Assembly: GCA_965235115.1 (NCBI GenBank)
Contig: OZ249436.1
Coordinates: 55,802,001 to 55,866,000 of the forward strand
Direction of reading: 5' to 3'
Source: Laetmonice hystrix
Taxonomy: Eukaryota
Length of the DNA: 64,000 nucleotides
The position numbers were made by a program, and so were the translations under genes. The notes beneath the pieces are model-generated. The model saw only the letters and a list, made by a program, of their open reading frames with translations, was not told where the DNA came from and did not search any database. This document shows, in pieces, positions 37,901 through 51,008 of this stretch; position 1 is the first letter of the stretch; the number at the start of each line of letters is the position of its first letter.

Positions 37901-40900
37901 TGTGGCTTCTTCAGCACTGGCCACTAGCTTTTCTACAGCTGCCAGTTTATCTTGGAGGATTAGAGCATCATCCATACATTCCTCCTCTGGCTTTGGTAGC
38001 AGACCCACATTCTGAAGTTTCTGCCACTTTTTCTCTAGGTCTTCATGCACCCGTACAATCTGCTCCTTAAGAAGGCGGCATGCACTCTGGCACAAGTCTT
38101 TGGCATGCATAGCATTTTCAGCTTCCACATTTTTAGGAGGGTACAAAACGCTGGTTTTATCATTGGCCTGTAATGTGGTTGGAGTTATGACAATTCTAGA
38201 GAGATTCACGTAGCTTGCGCCAGCATTACTACTATCCACTGAAGTACTGCCCGAAGCCTCACAGTCGTTAGTTGTTCCTGTGTTGGCGCCGAGGGATGCT
38301 GTCTGGATGGTGACAGATGCCTCGGGCAGACTGGGATGGTCTGCCGGAGCAGCTGCAGCAGCTGCTGCTACTACCTGCTCTTCCTCCAGATCAGCGACCG
38401 GCCGACTTGATGGGAAGTCCACCCGCGGGCTCTGCTCCTGACCCTTGCTCCCCCCATCCTTTCCTGATTTTCGTTTTTTCTTCTCCGATTTATTATTCTC
38501 ATTCATGGGGCCATCGTCCTCCACTTTCTCCCCTGCCTGTTTGCAGTTGCTCTCAAACAGTTCCAGCACCTGTCGGGCAATCTTGGCAGCTTTTTCTCTC
38601 TTAAGTTCTTTTTTTATGGTGGAAATCGTGTCCATAAGTTTGGCCTCTGCAAAATAAGAGGAGCTGAGCATTCGGTCGAGCTCCTTACAGTTACGATTGA
38701 TACTGAGGATCTCCCTGTAGCAGTATATGGTGCACGGGGTGATATCTACACTTTGAGCAAATGTGTCCTCAAGTTTTTGCAATGTGGTTTTGGCAGTGTC
38801 CAATAGCATGTCCAACTCAAACTTCTTCTCAGGTTCCACTTCTAACGTATCAGCATCATCATTGCTGAAATTTGAAAACAACAAATAGGGTAAAAATTAA
38901 GGTCCAAACTCCGACACAATACACTGCAGAAGCTCATAAACATGTACATCATGCACCATTTCAACACTCACGTCTTTAGCAAACCTGCAAGCTTTGATCC
39001 TTCTTGTAAGAAAGCGTTATTTTTGTCCGATTAGAAAATCTCATATTAGCAAATAACCTCTAACATCAACAAGCATTAAGAACGCAATTACATGAAATTA
39101 TTGAAATTCTAATAGAAAACACTGCTTTCTGACTTTATAAAGTCTAGTGAGGGTTGTGGCCATTACATGTGCAGGATCTACTCATGTCCTATCTGTTTAA
39201 TTCAGTGAAATGTGTGTGCTCTATGTACTTTAGCTGGTGTCTTGTGCAGTCATCTGAATCGACACCAGGGGCTTCAAGATTGGAAGTGGTTGTCGGGTTG
39301 TGTTGCTCATACCGCTGCTTTCGGGCAGCTTGTCGTGACATCACAAGGTCTCTTACTTTGATTGGGCGCTCAGAAGGCCTTAAAAAAACCCAAACTGACA
39401 AACTAACATGCAGAAGAATAAACAAGGTTAATCATAGATCTACAGACGTTTTCTTTGCCACTATAGATGTAGAGGAGAAAGGTTGAGGGAAGAACTGGTT
39501 ATTTGACAAACTACGCATTCTTTACAGTCACCATGCAGATTGATTCCCACAACTAATTTTGCCCATCTCTTCAAATGTTACTACCAACTAATCATATCAT
39601 ATTTATATTAGTTAAAACCTTTTTTATTCAGGACATGCACTAACACGACAAGAATACTAATATTGTCATAGGGCTATCCCTCTTATAAATGGGTTCAAGA
39701 TTGCCAAGTTGATAATGATACATACTCTGTTCTCTTTAAGCCAATACATGTTAATTAAGCACCTTTTTATCCAAATATCAAACACACTCAAAAAATTGCA
39801 CGCACATTAACTACTCAGACATTGCTAGGTAAGGTAACAGGGTGATAGTTCACACAGAGGTAACGATAGTACACAAAGCACATGCATTGTACTATCAGGT
39901 CATGCCGAAATCATAAACACACACAACATATAGGTAGACATGTATACAATATACATTAAGAGTATCCTGCAACTTGGTACAAAATGACATAAGAAATTAC
40001 CCTTCTCTTCCTTCCACCTCTTCTTCCTCTTCAGTCTCCCAAGATGCATCTGTGCTGGCATCACTATCATCACCCGATGCTTCATCGTCTGATTCGTCAG
40101 AACTGGAGTCCAGTTCACTGCCAAGGTCTGAGAGCTGTTAGAAAGAAGTTTTTGTACTTTGTCCTGTACTGTTTTTCTGGCTGAGCCGCTCCATGACTTT
40201 CCAAGAATAATATACACTTATTGAACGATACTGGGTTTTATGCATGAGTTGCTTCAGGATGTGGTATTGGGCGAGCTTGCGAGCCCAATACAACATCCTG
40301 AAGCAACGAGTGCATAAAACCCAGTATCGTTCAATAAGTGTTTTATTATATGGGTTCATAACAAACCTACTTTAGGCCTACAAGAAAGTTATTATCCATC
40401 AAAATCCACACTTGTCAACCCATTCTTATGCTTGCAAGCTCGTCCTCAGGCCCCGTTAGTGTAGTGATACACATTTAATTAGGACATGTAAATATCCCTA
40501 ACAACCGTTACTAGGATATAAATTCTGAACCAATTATGTGAAATATAAGTCTTTCTGTACTTTGTATAAATTATCTTATATGATGCACTACTGTATGTGA
40601 AGGTAGAAAGGAACACTGGCAATTCACAGCTAAACAACCTTGGAACTATTTTATTATAGTGTGCGTCATGAACAATGCACAATAACGCTATGTCACAATG
40701 CGTCACAATGGAATGTGATCATAATGCTACGTCACAATGGGTCACAATGGGATGTGAGCATAACGGGCCCTAAACATAATGGTGGACGGTGCTTCGCTTC
40801 GGCAGTTCAAACGCCCCTAACTCCTAAAATACACAAGGAAGGACATTGAAACGTGACATAAGGGGATAAAATATTGAACCAAACAATGTCACAGACTTAG

Positions 40901-43900
40901 AATTGTTTAGAAAGTTCTTTCCTTGCTTAATTCAAGAGCTGTCATCGCCGGAGATGGACACCGTTTGTGACGTTACAATTTCCGTAAAATCTGTTCAATA
41001 TCGGTTTTTATTTGCACGGGTGCCGTGCATCTCAACGTATATTCCCATAGAGGGCGCGTTATCACAACCAGTTGCCCATATAATAAACTAATTTCTGTTA
41101 TGAACTAGTTAGAAAATTTATTTAGCAGCAAAGTTAGCATTTTTGTGGTCCTCTTGAAGTCTTTCACTTTGTTGCAAGATTTTCAAGGCCAGAACTTTTC
41201 CATGACTTTCGCAGTAGTACTCACCTGTATTAGTTACAAAGACATCACAGTATTTGGTATCTACCATTTTCCTCTACACTAATACAAGAGCATATAACTG
41301 AACTTAAGCACGATTGGCAAGGTAGAAACTCCTTACCTCGTCCCCAATGAGGTAAAGCTCCTGGGGGTAGCAGAAAGTTTGAGAGTCGTCAGCCCACTGG
41401 ATGAGTAGGCGTCCATCCTGCGTCAACTCGTACACCTGACCAGCAGCCTCTGTGTGCCTTTCCTGAATCAAAATCAGCTCTTAAGTGAAATTCACTGGTT
41501 GTCAAAAAGTTAAGATATCAATGTATGCAAACATATAAATTCTCCAACATACAAACTTATTTACCAAGAAGTAAAAGCACCCCCATTAATATTAAGACAT
41601 AGCCCCGGTATTCATAAACTCATACTCTATAACATTTCAAATACTGAGACCATAGTTTCATGATGAATTCACTCACCTCATACCCTCCAACTCTGACAAC
41701 TACATGGCCTGGCCTGAACTTGTAGTCTGGGTGGTCTTTGATATCATAGACACTCATCTCTTCAGCAACGATGCTTTCATCAGGCCTGTTCCAAGACAGG
41801 AACATCACAGTAATTACAGGCCTAGGTATTTAGGGTAGGCACAACGGGAATAATGAAAACAGCCAGTGCCTCTTCCTTATAAAAACTTTGCCTACAGGAT
41901 TCTCAACCAGATATATTCTGAGTCAATGTTTTTATTAGGAACTTCTTTGGATGTTGAAATACAAAAAGACAGGTATTCATTCAATTTTGATACAACAAAA
42001 CCCAGTCACTCAGCAAAAGCTGGCTTTCAGTGAAAGCAGAGCTAGTGATATTGTCATCATTATAATTCATCTAAATATCAAAGATTGCAAAGACACTGTA
42101 AAAAAATGTTTGTTTCGCACAAGCATCCATGAGGTTGGGGTAAGCACCTTACCTATTGCTCTTGCCAACCTGATATGGCTTCATCCAGCGAACCATACAA
42201 GTGCGGCCCAGGTGATCAACACTCTCCACTACACCATAGTTGTCACCGGTTATCCCAATGTCTGCAGAAAGAAAACAATCTCCAAATTACACACAATACT
42301 AAGAAATAAATGCTGCACCTTTATATTTTACTGAATTCTCCTTCCCTGCTTCAAAAAGAAACCAAATATTTATATAAAAGGATTGGATTCTTTAGATACT
42401 TGGCTTGGCTACAGACAAGAGCACCTGTAAATTTTTAGTGCTGGTACCACAATAAACAAACATGTAAAAGTTCACCTGTGTTTCTGACCACAAAGTCTCC
42501 TGGGAAGAACTCGAGTTCGTCCAGATGATGGATCGGGTACAGCTCTACAGAGGGAACGTCTTTCTCTACGGTTCCATCCTGCAAGTTTCGCACGACTAAC
42601 TGTCATTCCAAATAAACTGCACCTTTTTTTCTGGCACACATTTACAGATATTCTTTATTCAGTGATCCATTTGCAAGACACAGAACACGATAAGAATAGC
42701 TTGAATTACTAATCATTACTGTGTACATTTTGCTTGGGTAATGACAGCCTCCAGTTGTTTCCTTCACTGGCAGGTCCTCATACATTAACGAAAGAAAAGA
42801 ATATGTTTATCAAAACTAGACCCAAAAAGATGAGTGGAAGCAGATCCTTACCTGCCACATAACTTCTATCGTAGAGAATGTATAGATTATCTCCACTGGT
42901 ACTTTATCGCCTACTTGTAACTCCTTTCTTTGAGCACCCTCCCTCCTCCCTTTAGCTTTCCGTAGCCTCTTCTTTTTCAATAACTTGGTCTGAAGCACTG
43001 GACCTTTGCTTTTCTTTTTCTTGGTGGAAGATGCTGAGGACTGTGACGCATTGGATTTTTCGGAGGCGACTGATCCGGTGTCAGAAAGACAGTCCTCATC
43101 CACGTCTTCATAATCCTGTCCATCAACATCCTCCGTCAGGGGGCAGGGGTCGCTGGCCTCGTCCCCGTTCACCTCTACACCAGCAGCGATGCCATTCTCG
43201 GTTGGTAACCCAGGGACCATGTTTTCAGTCATGGTACAGTCATCACCTCCCCTGGGTGACTGCAGGTCCCCATCCTTGTAAGCGTCACCTCCGATACTGT
43301 GACAATCCCCAGCAGCAGTATTCCTGGTCTTCTCTTCCTTTTCTCCGTCCTTGGATTCCACTATCTGATGTAACAAAGACTGCCCACCCTTTACCTTTGT
43401 CACTTTGATCTTATCCAGAGGACGTACTTTGTAGAATGCTTTGTCTCCAAGCTGAACACTGCATGGTTCAAAGCAGTCCAGCTTTCTCATTCTGTAAAAC
43501 AAATAGTATTGTACGCAACCTTTCACATCAGCTTTGAAACAAGTCCTGCAAAACAGATACATACCAGGATATGTAGAAAGACTTGTGATTATCAGATTTG
43601 TAATATGAATTTTTCAAATGCGATTTTTTATGTACTCACCTTCCTATTTGGTCAGTATTCAGTGTCCGTGGCGGAGGTTCCATTTTAGCAAGAGGGTTTT
43701 CTACTTTAGCATAGCCTCTACATAACCAATGGACATCGATGTTTTTTGCTTCTTGCTGAAAAGTCAAACAGAAGACTTGGCTCATGAGAAACATCTCATC
43801 TTCTCTAAGAAGAAATTGAATGATAATTTTTACTCTTACAACTCCAGTTTTGCAAAGCTTATATTGTCAATATTAACTATATTTTCTAACTCACCTTTTC

Positions 43901-46900
43901 TACCGTTATTGTCACATCGCGATGCCCAAACTTTTTGGCCGCCTGAGCCGAATGCTGTGATGTGCTTTTGACCCATTTTGCTGACTCTAAGTCTCCTAGT
44001 TCCCCACGGAACTGCTGCCCAGGGTAGTAGTCATTGGTGCAAAACTCACTGTCCTGTCATATAAGACAGTTGTACACATGAAGTAAATCATCATTGCTTC
44101 AACCAGGCAGAATTGTTTTTAGTTATAAATCAGCACATCATAATTGAAATATAATATTTGTGCCATTTTGGCATTCCACAACTTTGAGGCTCCAGACCAG
44201 GGGCTGTTTTTTTTGTTTACTTTTCCACCATGAGCAAGGGTGAGCTCAGCTGAGCAAGGGTGAGCAGAAGCTCATGCTCACCGTTTTGCTCACCGTTTTC
44301 ATTTTTGGGGTGTTTTTCCGTGAGCTTGCTCACCATGAGGCTGCCTCATGGAAAAAAGCAACCCAAAAATACACGAAAACGGTAAGAATGAGTTCATGCT
44401 CACCCTTGCTCAGCTCAGCTCACCCTTGCTCACGGTGGAAAAGTAAACAAAAAAACCGGGCCCAGGTGGTAGGATTCTAAGCTAAAAAAAGTGCTCATTT
44501 CCATTCAGTTTTAGACTTTGAGCATGCACTTAACACTGGAAAATCACGACAACACTGGAAAGGCTTACCCTAGGTCTCTTTTCATGAACATCTTCAAACC
44601 GAAAGAGTTCATTGATGAATTCATCATCACATACTTGGCACCTGAATACAAAACATAGGTAAGACAGGAAAATTACCAACCTGCAGCAAATAGTGTTCTT
44701 TTATCAAACATGCACATCAGGAAACCATTTTTCATTAAATCATTCCGTAACTTTTGCCCCTACAACATTAGACCAAACTTCCTTCTACAGGAATAGTCAG
44801 ATGACAGGCCACGAAAGAATCACTAAGATCTATGTTTTTGTCCTTTGCAGTGAACCTTAGGCTTAGGGATGTTGACCTTTTACTCACATTGCTCCATCGG
44901 GAAATTTGAGTGTGACCTCTTCGTTGACATGTTCGATTTTCCCAACCCATGAGTCGAGTGTCACATCACCAGGTTCGGAGTCCCAATACTGCCAAAGAAC
45001 CATTATGAAGTTAAAAAATTTAAAGTATTCACTACGTTTAATGGTACATTCTATTCTCATTAGACAACAATAATGGAAGAATTGATCCACATGACCGTAA
45101 TGATAGACAGAACCTGTTTAAATTTGTCATCTTTTTGGAGATTTATCCCCCCTCCCGCCAGGCTTTTATTCTAGTTTTAATGTTTATTGGCTTTTCCCCT
45201 ATTATATTAACTCCATCTTACTCTGAGCGGCTCCAAAAGTTGACTGTTGACATTGGTGATTATCTTGTTCTGTCCCAACACCTGTAAATGACAAAGCACC
45301 CTGGTGTTCCGCACGTAGCCTCGCTGGCTGTCCTGTCCTTGTATAAACCTCCTAACTACATCACCAGGCATCAGTGATCGGTCCGCAAGCCTCACCTGAA
45401 ACAATTCATTCCATGTATGTGTCATATTTGCCATGCTGCAAGCAATTTTCTAGGAAGGAATTTCCCTAAAAACCTACTTTGTGCTAGACTAGCCACGTTG
45501 ACTTGGATTACCTTAAAGATCATATTCTAACCTTTTAAAACCTGGATGACTACATACTCTGACCCTGATTGTAACAGTCCCCGATTGTTTCAGTCTGACT
45601 ACATTTAGAAGTTTCCTGTAAAAGCGACTTTTATAACCTAGCAGGGCCATAAAAATTCCTCCAACCTCCATCTGGGGCGTTTCAGATTGCAACTGGGTCA
45701 TGACGTCAAAAGTTCCACCGGCAGCAGCAGCCGCCCTGGCATCAGTTAGTTCTCTATAGGCTTTATGCTTGGCTCAACTTGGCTGTCACCCCCTTACCTC
45801 GTTTATTTTTCTTTCTACCACAAATTTTTGAGTTTACCGCGATGGTTTTTATGCTGCAATTGGCTGTCCAGCAATAGGTCGTCCTCTGGGAGAAGTTTTT
45901 TCAACTTTCCTGAGGATACCAAGCTCCGCAAAGTGTGGATAGAGAAATGTAAGCGTGCGGCATGGACACCAACATCTTACTCCAGACTGTGCTCAGATCA
46001 CTTCGGCTCACAGGGAATGCATTCTTAATCTCAGTTGATCCACTAGTTCTAAAGTCAGTTGGCTTCAAGCCTGGACAAATCTACTTGAAAAGGGATGTTG
46101 TGCCAACCATCTTCACATTTGCACAGAAGAATCCGAGACCCAGACGAAGTCTGGCCCAACAAAAGCGCCAGAATCTCGAGGTAAAAGCTTATCATCATAC
46201 AGGATGCAGCTGTCTCAGTCTGTCAGGTTAGGCCTACACGGCGTTTGCCTGGTCAATAGTAAATCATTTAGGCAGGGCCCCGAAAGCTACATACCAGTAA
46301 ATATATTATGAGGATGGAATGTTATTTGTTGATGTATATTAGAATTGAACACCGCCCGGATGCACCCATGTTTTCTGGCCGGGAAGGGCACCCGTACCAC
46401 CTGTCTGTGTGTCTGTGTGTGTGTGTGGGGGGGGGGGGGGAGGGTAGCGGGACGCAGTACTCACTGCTGCCTGCTGAGCCCTCAGCGGGGTCAGTGTGTC
46501 ACACCCCTCCCATGCTGTCCCAGGGGAGATTCCCTGGTACTCGTAGACCTGATAAAAGCACTAGATTAGCTTATAGAATAACCTGTAGTATCCAAGATAA
46601 TCGAAATACAGTTAGTAGTCCTCTATTGTGACTCTGCCTTTATAGCACGCAGCGGAGACATGAGCTTCCCCAAGCTCCGACCCAGCACCTTCGGCTTGGG
46701 CATGGGGTGCTGGCTCTTCTTCAGTCGAGTCCTCAGTCGATTGACTCAGAAAAATTGTTCTCTTCTTGTACATGATTGTGGGGCCTACATGGCTCATACA
46801 TATATCCCTGAATATGTAAGCTCAGATCAACCGTACCGTCTAGGCCTGTCTCATCGTTACTCGACATTTTCCGAGCTGTGTCACTGTCAGTGTGTGTTAG

Positions 46901-49900
46901 CTCCAACAACAAGCCCAGGAACTTTTGACGTCACACCGCCACCTAGCGGCGTACATGTGAAAATGAGCTGCGATGTGGGCCTCTTCGGAACGCGTTATAT
47001 TTTCAGAAATCACATAAAGACAATTTTTCCGAGCTTGCAACTGATAAAACAGTAATAATACACGGATATCTAATCACCAGCATGTTGAAACCCCTAAAAT
47101 AATGAGAAAAGGGTGCAATATGATCTTTAATTAATCTGTTCAAAGATAAGCCAACTCGCATGGAATTACTGTGACTCCATGGATGTCCCGACCTCCTGGT
47201 CAAAATGTACCAGCCAGTGTCTGTTTGTTTGTTGAGTCTTATCATTGTGACTTCACAAATTATGCCTCTGCCACAGTGTCAAGACATCAGTGAGCAGATC
47301 TGCTGCAGCAAAGCAGGCTGGCCCCTCCCCTTGAGCCCGCCTAGCTAGGGTCCTGCTGCCTGCGCTATGGGCACAGGAATCTGACAATATCCATTCCGAA
47401 CCGATATACGACAGACTACTGAGCATGAAATTGATTGTAAATGTTCTATTCTGACCTTGATTATGATTATAGTGAGTGCAGCGAGCCACAAAGTGGCTCA
47501 CAAAGCGAGATGACAACACGCCTGTATTTTTCTTTTGAAATGCACGGGCATCAGGGGTAACCCAATTACTTTGACAATGTCCCTAAAGAGAAAAGTTGTA
47601 TAGTCCTCTACAGGAATCGAACCCAGGCCCTAAGATTACTGCACCCATTCGCATAGCATAAGGTGTCGACATCCATTATCTAGACAATAGTGGCCAAGGC
47701 CAATCCACACATCCCATCTGACATAAAATCATCATCACGAAAAACTGGAACGGGAAGTACCATGGAGCACAGATAATGGAGGGTCATGTGACCCAACCTC
47801 CCTCTGGAGAGGGCATACCATGAGACTTCTAGAGATTTTGGACACAGTTGAATAATAGTGTCACGCGACTTTTATCCTGTTTCTTGATAAAAACTTCCAT
47901 TGTGATGCCACAATATCACCACATGCTTTGATCAAAGTCTAAAACGATATTAAGCATTGCTAAGTGACCTGTCAACAGGTAACTCCCAGTGCTGCGCTTG
48001 GCCGGTCGCCCTCTTTCGGTAGCACCTACATCATATTACAGTGTTAGAGCTAGGCCAGGACATCTTTTAGCCAGATTTCGGCACCTGTTCCATTAATTTA
48101 CCAAATCCAGTCACTCTTAGCCAATTAATATTAATTTATACAGTGCAGGTGGGGAGAGAGTGGACGGAGCTAGGCTCGTTTCCTGACTTGAATAGGTTGT
48201 CATTGTCAATCACTGTGAGTGTAAAACAGTCTTAGAACAGTACACAATGCAAGTTCTTTGGCCCTCGTCTGCCTAGGGCCAGGCAGAGTAGGCCTGGTTG
48301 TAGCCCAGTCAGACAACATTTTGGGTCTAGGGCATAGCCTAGTTCGCCAAACATTTTGCCAAAACAAGTCTTGGACTCGCCAGATAGGGTGATCAGTGGC
48401 CATTGGCGATTTGGCCAGTGGGTAGCAGGAACCCTGATATTAGGACCAATATAGTCAGACCTCGTTTATCCGAACAGCTTGGTGCCCATTAAAATGTGTT
48501 CGGATTGTGAAATATACGGATTACTGAATCATTTTAAATAGAAAATGGTAGAAGAGGTTACCAGACAGGGTGTTCGGATTGTGAGGTATACGGATTACAG
48601 AAGCACGGATTAACGAGGTCTGACTGTAACATCCACATGGTGATGATGGTCAGGTTGTTTCCAACAAAGTCACTTCAGTCAACAATCAGGCTTCGGTGCA
48701 CCGAGTGACCGGGAACCAATCAAAGAGAATTAGCGATTCACTAATGATAAGCCTCTATCTGTAAGGCACGACCTATTTTTGCGTCCTTCCCATCTCCGTA
48801 GTATATAAAGGTCACACGACTAACACACCTGAGCGAAAATGATGACCACATGCCAGGTATTTTGGAAGAACAAAGTGAGAATTTCACCTGGGCTACTAAC
48901 AACCAACCGAATAAATAATTTACGTATAGTCTATCTGTTAACATCTTTTGTGTATTGTTTTGTGTGTTTTCGAAAAAACAGTGCGTTTCTTATCTATCGT
49001 TATCCTGTCATGCGTTAAAATCCTCATTGAAAATGCATTGGAATTAACGATACGACAAGCTTAGGGCTAGGCTATATGTAGACGTGGCCACCCTTAACAG
49101 CTCCGCCTTAAGGATGTGGGAGAGGGCATAGAGAATTTATCAAATGCCATGGTTGGCTCGGTTTCCACACCGATTACAAACCCCTGTCGCGATGTCGACT
49201 TACAATGAAATGCATGGATGCTAATGTGCATAGATTTCGCTTAATCATCGTGCATGACATCGTCTATTCCGAAGGTGATTTGACTGTAATGGCCTTTTGT
49301 TGTAAATGGGAGACTGGAAATAATGGAGTTCCCATCTTTTCCGCGAGGAGCTATTCAACATGGCGGAGCCTATCGAGTTATTATTTTTCATAACAATTAG
49401 TCTAAATGCATCCTGCCACAGATTAGCATTTCGTCTTCCTATATAACGTCATGCTAATGTGCAGTCGAGAGGACCGGGGCGACAGTGCTGCCGCCATGCG
49501 GATATTACTGGAATGCACCGTTGCGCATGCGTCTCGAGTCTCCCATTGAAGCCGCCATTTCAGACCCTCCGTCGCCATTTTGAAAGGAAGCTGGTTCTAT
49601 TTGCACGTGCGCAGTATAAACCGTCACCTGTGACGATTTGACCGTTTCGTTTTGAGCAGATGTGACGGTTTGACTTTGCTTCCTGGGTCCAGACCAGAGC
49701 CCGGACAAGACCCGGCCCCTGGGGCCGGCCGTGTGGTCGCTGCCGCATACGCCAGTCAAACCGTCACACAGGCAGGGCAGCAACGGAGGGCTGCCATACC
49801 CCCTACCCGGGGGGGGGGGGGGCGATGGTAGACAGTTCATAATATTCATATATAATATAAAACTGCCAATGTGTTAGTCGGGTTAAGGTTAAGGTTTGGC

Positions 49901-50559
49901 CTAGGGTTAGTGTTAGTCGGGTTAAGGTTTAGGTTAGGCCTAGGGTTAGTGATAGTTTAGTCCCGCGGGCGGCTACGCCCGATAGATTACGGGCAGCCGA
50001 TTTCGAGCGGCTGTGACTGTGACTGTGACGGTTTGACTTTCACCGTGTGACGGTTCGGCCGTGTGACGATTTGACTGGTATTCGACTCAACGTGTATGTA
50101 TATGTGATTTGTTCAAGTTGCTGGAGACGCCCATCACTGCATTGATCAGACACTGAGACAGTCACGTCATCACATGATTCGCAGTGCTGGAGGGGAGAGC
50201 CCAAACTGCCCACTTAGTCACATTCAGCATACAAACAATAGCCAGGAAACCATGATCCCGGAGATCTGAGAGTGCGCCACACCGGGACACGGGCGTTCTC
50301 CCGACCAGAAACTTTTCCCGACTGACCCGTGACTACATCACATGTGTCATACCGTCTTTTCCTCGACAACCTCTTCCTCGCCGTTTGGGTGCCATGCCAC
50401 GCGGATCATTCCCTTCCGGACTCGTTGGTAGTCAAATTGTGGATCTTCTTCTTCATCGCTACTCACGTACTCTGAGCTTTCCAAAACAAGACCGCATTTG
50501 TAGCTCTTTTCATTTGTGACAGACACCTCATCCTCCTCGAAAATTGTGCACGCCGCCAT
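34909..50559 (-). CDS. UBE2O: E2/E3 hybrid ubiquitin-conjugating enzyme UBE2O, 20 exons, ~1446 aa
   Basis: Exons (5'->3'): 50559-50353, 45395-45222, 44988-44888, 44641-44569, 44053-43895, 43755-43640, 43491-42852, 42578-42476, 42261-42153, 41785-41677, 41462-41337, 40134-40001, 38864-37603, 37321-37221, 37046-36984, 36567-36364, 36217-36160, 35994-35873, 35715-35636, 35308-34909. Total 4341 nt, open. Motifs: [48 protein letters not shown], and the UBC domain FEDRMDLF...[15 protein letters not shown]...[19 protein letters not shown] (catalytic Cys)...[20 protein letters not shown]. Confidence 0.95.
40207..41088. mobile_element. Element with a terminal ~130-bp palindrome and TTTATTATATGGG/CCCATATAATAAA inverted repeat (possibly a Crypton-like non-autonomous element)
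   Basis: Hairpin at 40214-40341; inverted repeat at 40342-40354 versus 41075-41087; GTCACAATG repeats at 40690-40750. The family label is tentative. Confidence 0.55.
44201..44463. mobile_element. Palindromic Harbinger-like MITE (GTGAGCA/TGCTCAC repeats)
   Basis: TTTTGTTTACTTTTCCACCATGAGCAAGGGTGAGC mirrored by GCTCACCCTTGCTCACGGTGGAAAAGTAAACAAAA; CAG on both flanks. Confidence 0.75.
45517..47126 (+). mobile_element. Kolobok transposon deletion derivative (1.6 kb) in UBE2O intron 1
   Basis: TTAA|AGATCATATTCTAACCTTTT...AAAAGGGTGCAATATGATCT|TTAA: TTAA TSD, AG/CT ends, THAP-coding remnant inside, no DDE domain found. Confidence 0.82.
45842..46180 (+). pseudogene. Frameshifted THAP zinc-finger (transposase N-terminus) remnant
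   Basis: Read across frameshifts: MV../[50 protein letters not shown]/...[10 protein letters not shown]. This carries the THAP FP, W, CxxHF and AVPTIF-box hallmarks. Ends at a GT donor at 46181. Confidence 0.8.
48452..48626. mobile_element. Tc1/mariner (pogo/Tigger-like) MITE
   Basis: TA|TAGTCAGACCTCGTTTATCCG...CGGATTAACGAGGTCTGACTG|TA; TA TSD; internal CGGATT repeats. Confidence 0.75.
49751..50079. mobile_element. Short inverted-repeat element with (GGTTAG/GGTTAA)n core
   Basis: CCAGTCAAACCGTCACAC versus GTGTGACGATTTGACTGG; internal duplicated GTTAGTCGGGTTAAGGTT...GGCCTAGGGTTAGTG. Confidence 0.6.
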
Positions 50560-51008
50560 GTTGATATCCAGAACTGAAATGCATTGTGGGAAATTATGAT
50601 GTCATCGACCACATGACAACGATTTCTATTTTTATTATGTTCTTTAATCCCAAATTACCAGGAATAGGTTCGAGCTAATGAAGAAAGCTTGACTTGCAGC
50701 CCTGTCATGTGTTTTACTGACAGATATCCAAAACTGTCAAACCATCCAGGGACATTTCGGGAGAAGTTACTATTTTTAATTAGCCCTTTGCCTCGACCCA
50801 TTCCAAGAATCTCCTTCAACATTCCAACCCAAGTCACAAAGGGATCCCTAAAAAACCGGAATGGGTCCCTCAAAACACCTGAATCATATGGATCCTGATT
50901 TCTTCTCTTCTTTTTAACCAAAAAAAGAATACCAAGAATAATACTGTGGCCGCCCCTTCTCTGTAAAATTATGAACTTCTCCCTCTCTTGCCAGAAAGAT
51001 CGAGCAAG
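50560..51008. promoter_or_regulatory. Bidirectional promoter shared by UBE2O and SMDT1
   Basis: The two start codons are divergent and 449 bp apart. ZNF143/Staf-type core TGCATTGTGGGAAA at 50580-50593. YY1-like ATGGC(G/C)GC motifs overlap both start codons. Confidence 0.7.

Noticed and set aside
37657..38657. Plus-strand ORFs overlapping the large UBE2O exon (likewise 43031-43408 and 58283-58781)
   Set aside because: Antisense shadows of real coding exons, with no independent coding signal.
47601..47660. tRNA gene (minus-strand B-box GGTTCGATTCC)
   Set aside because: No convincing A-box or cloverleaf; at most a decayed tRNA-derived SINE fragment. A similar weak B-box lies near 53551.
49870..49950. 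Interstitial telomeric repeat
   Set aside because: Degenerate GGTTAG/GGTTAA units inside a small inverted-repeat element, not a (TTAGGG)n tract.
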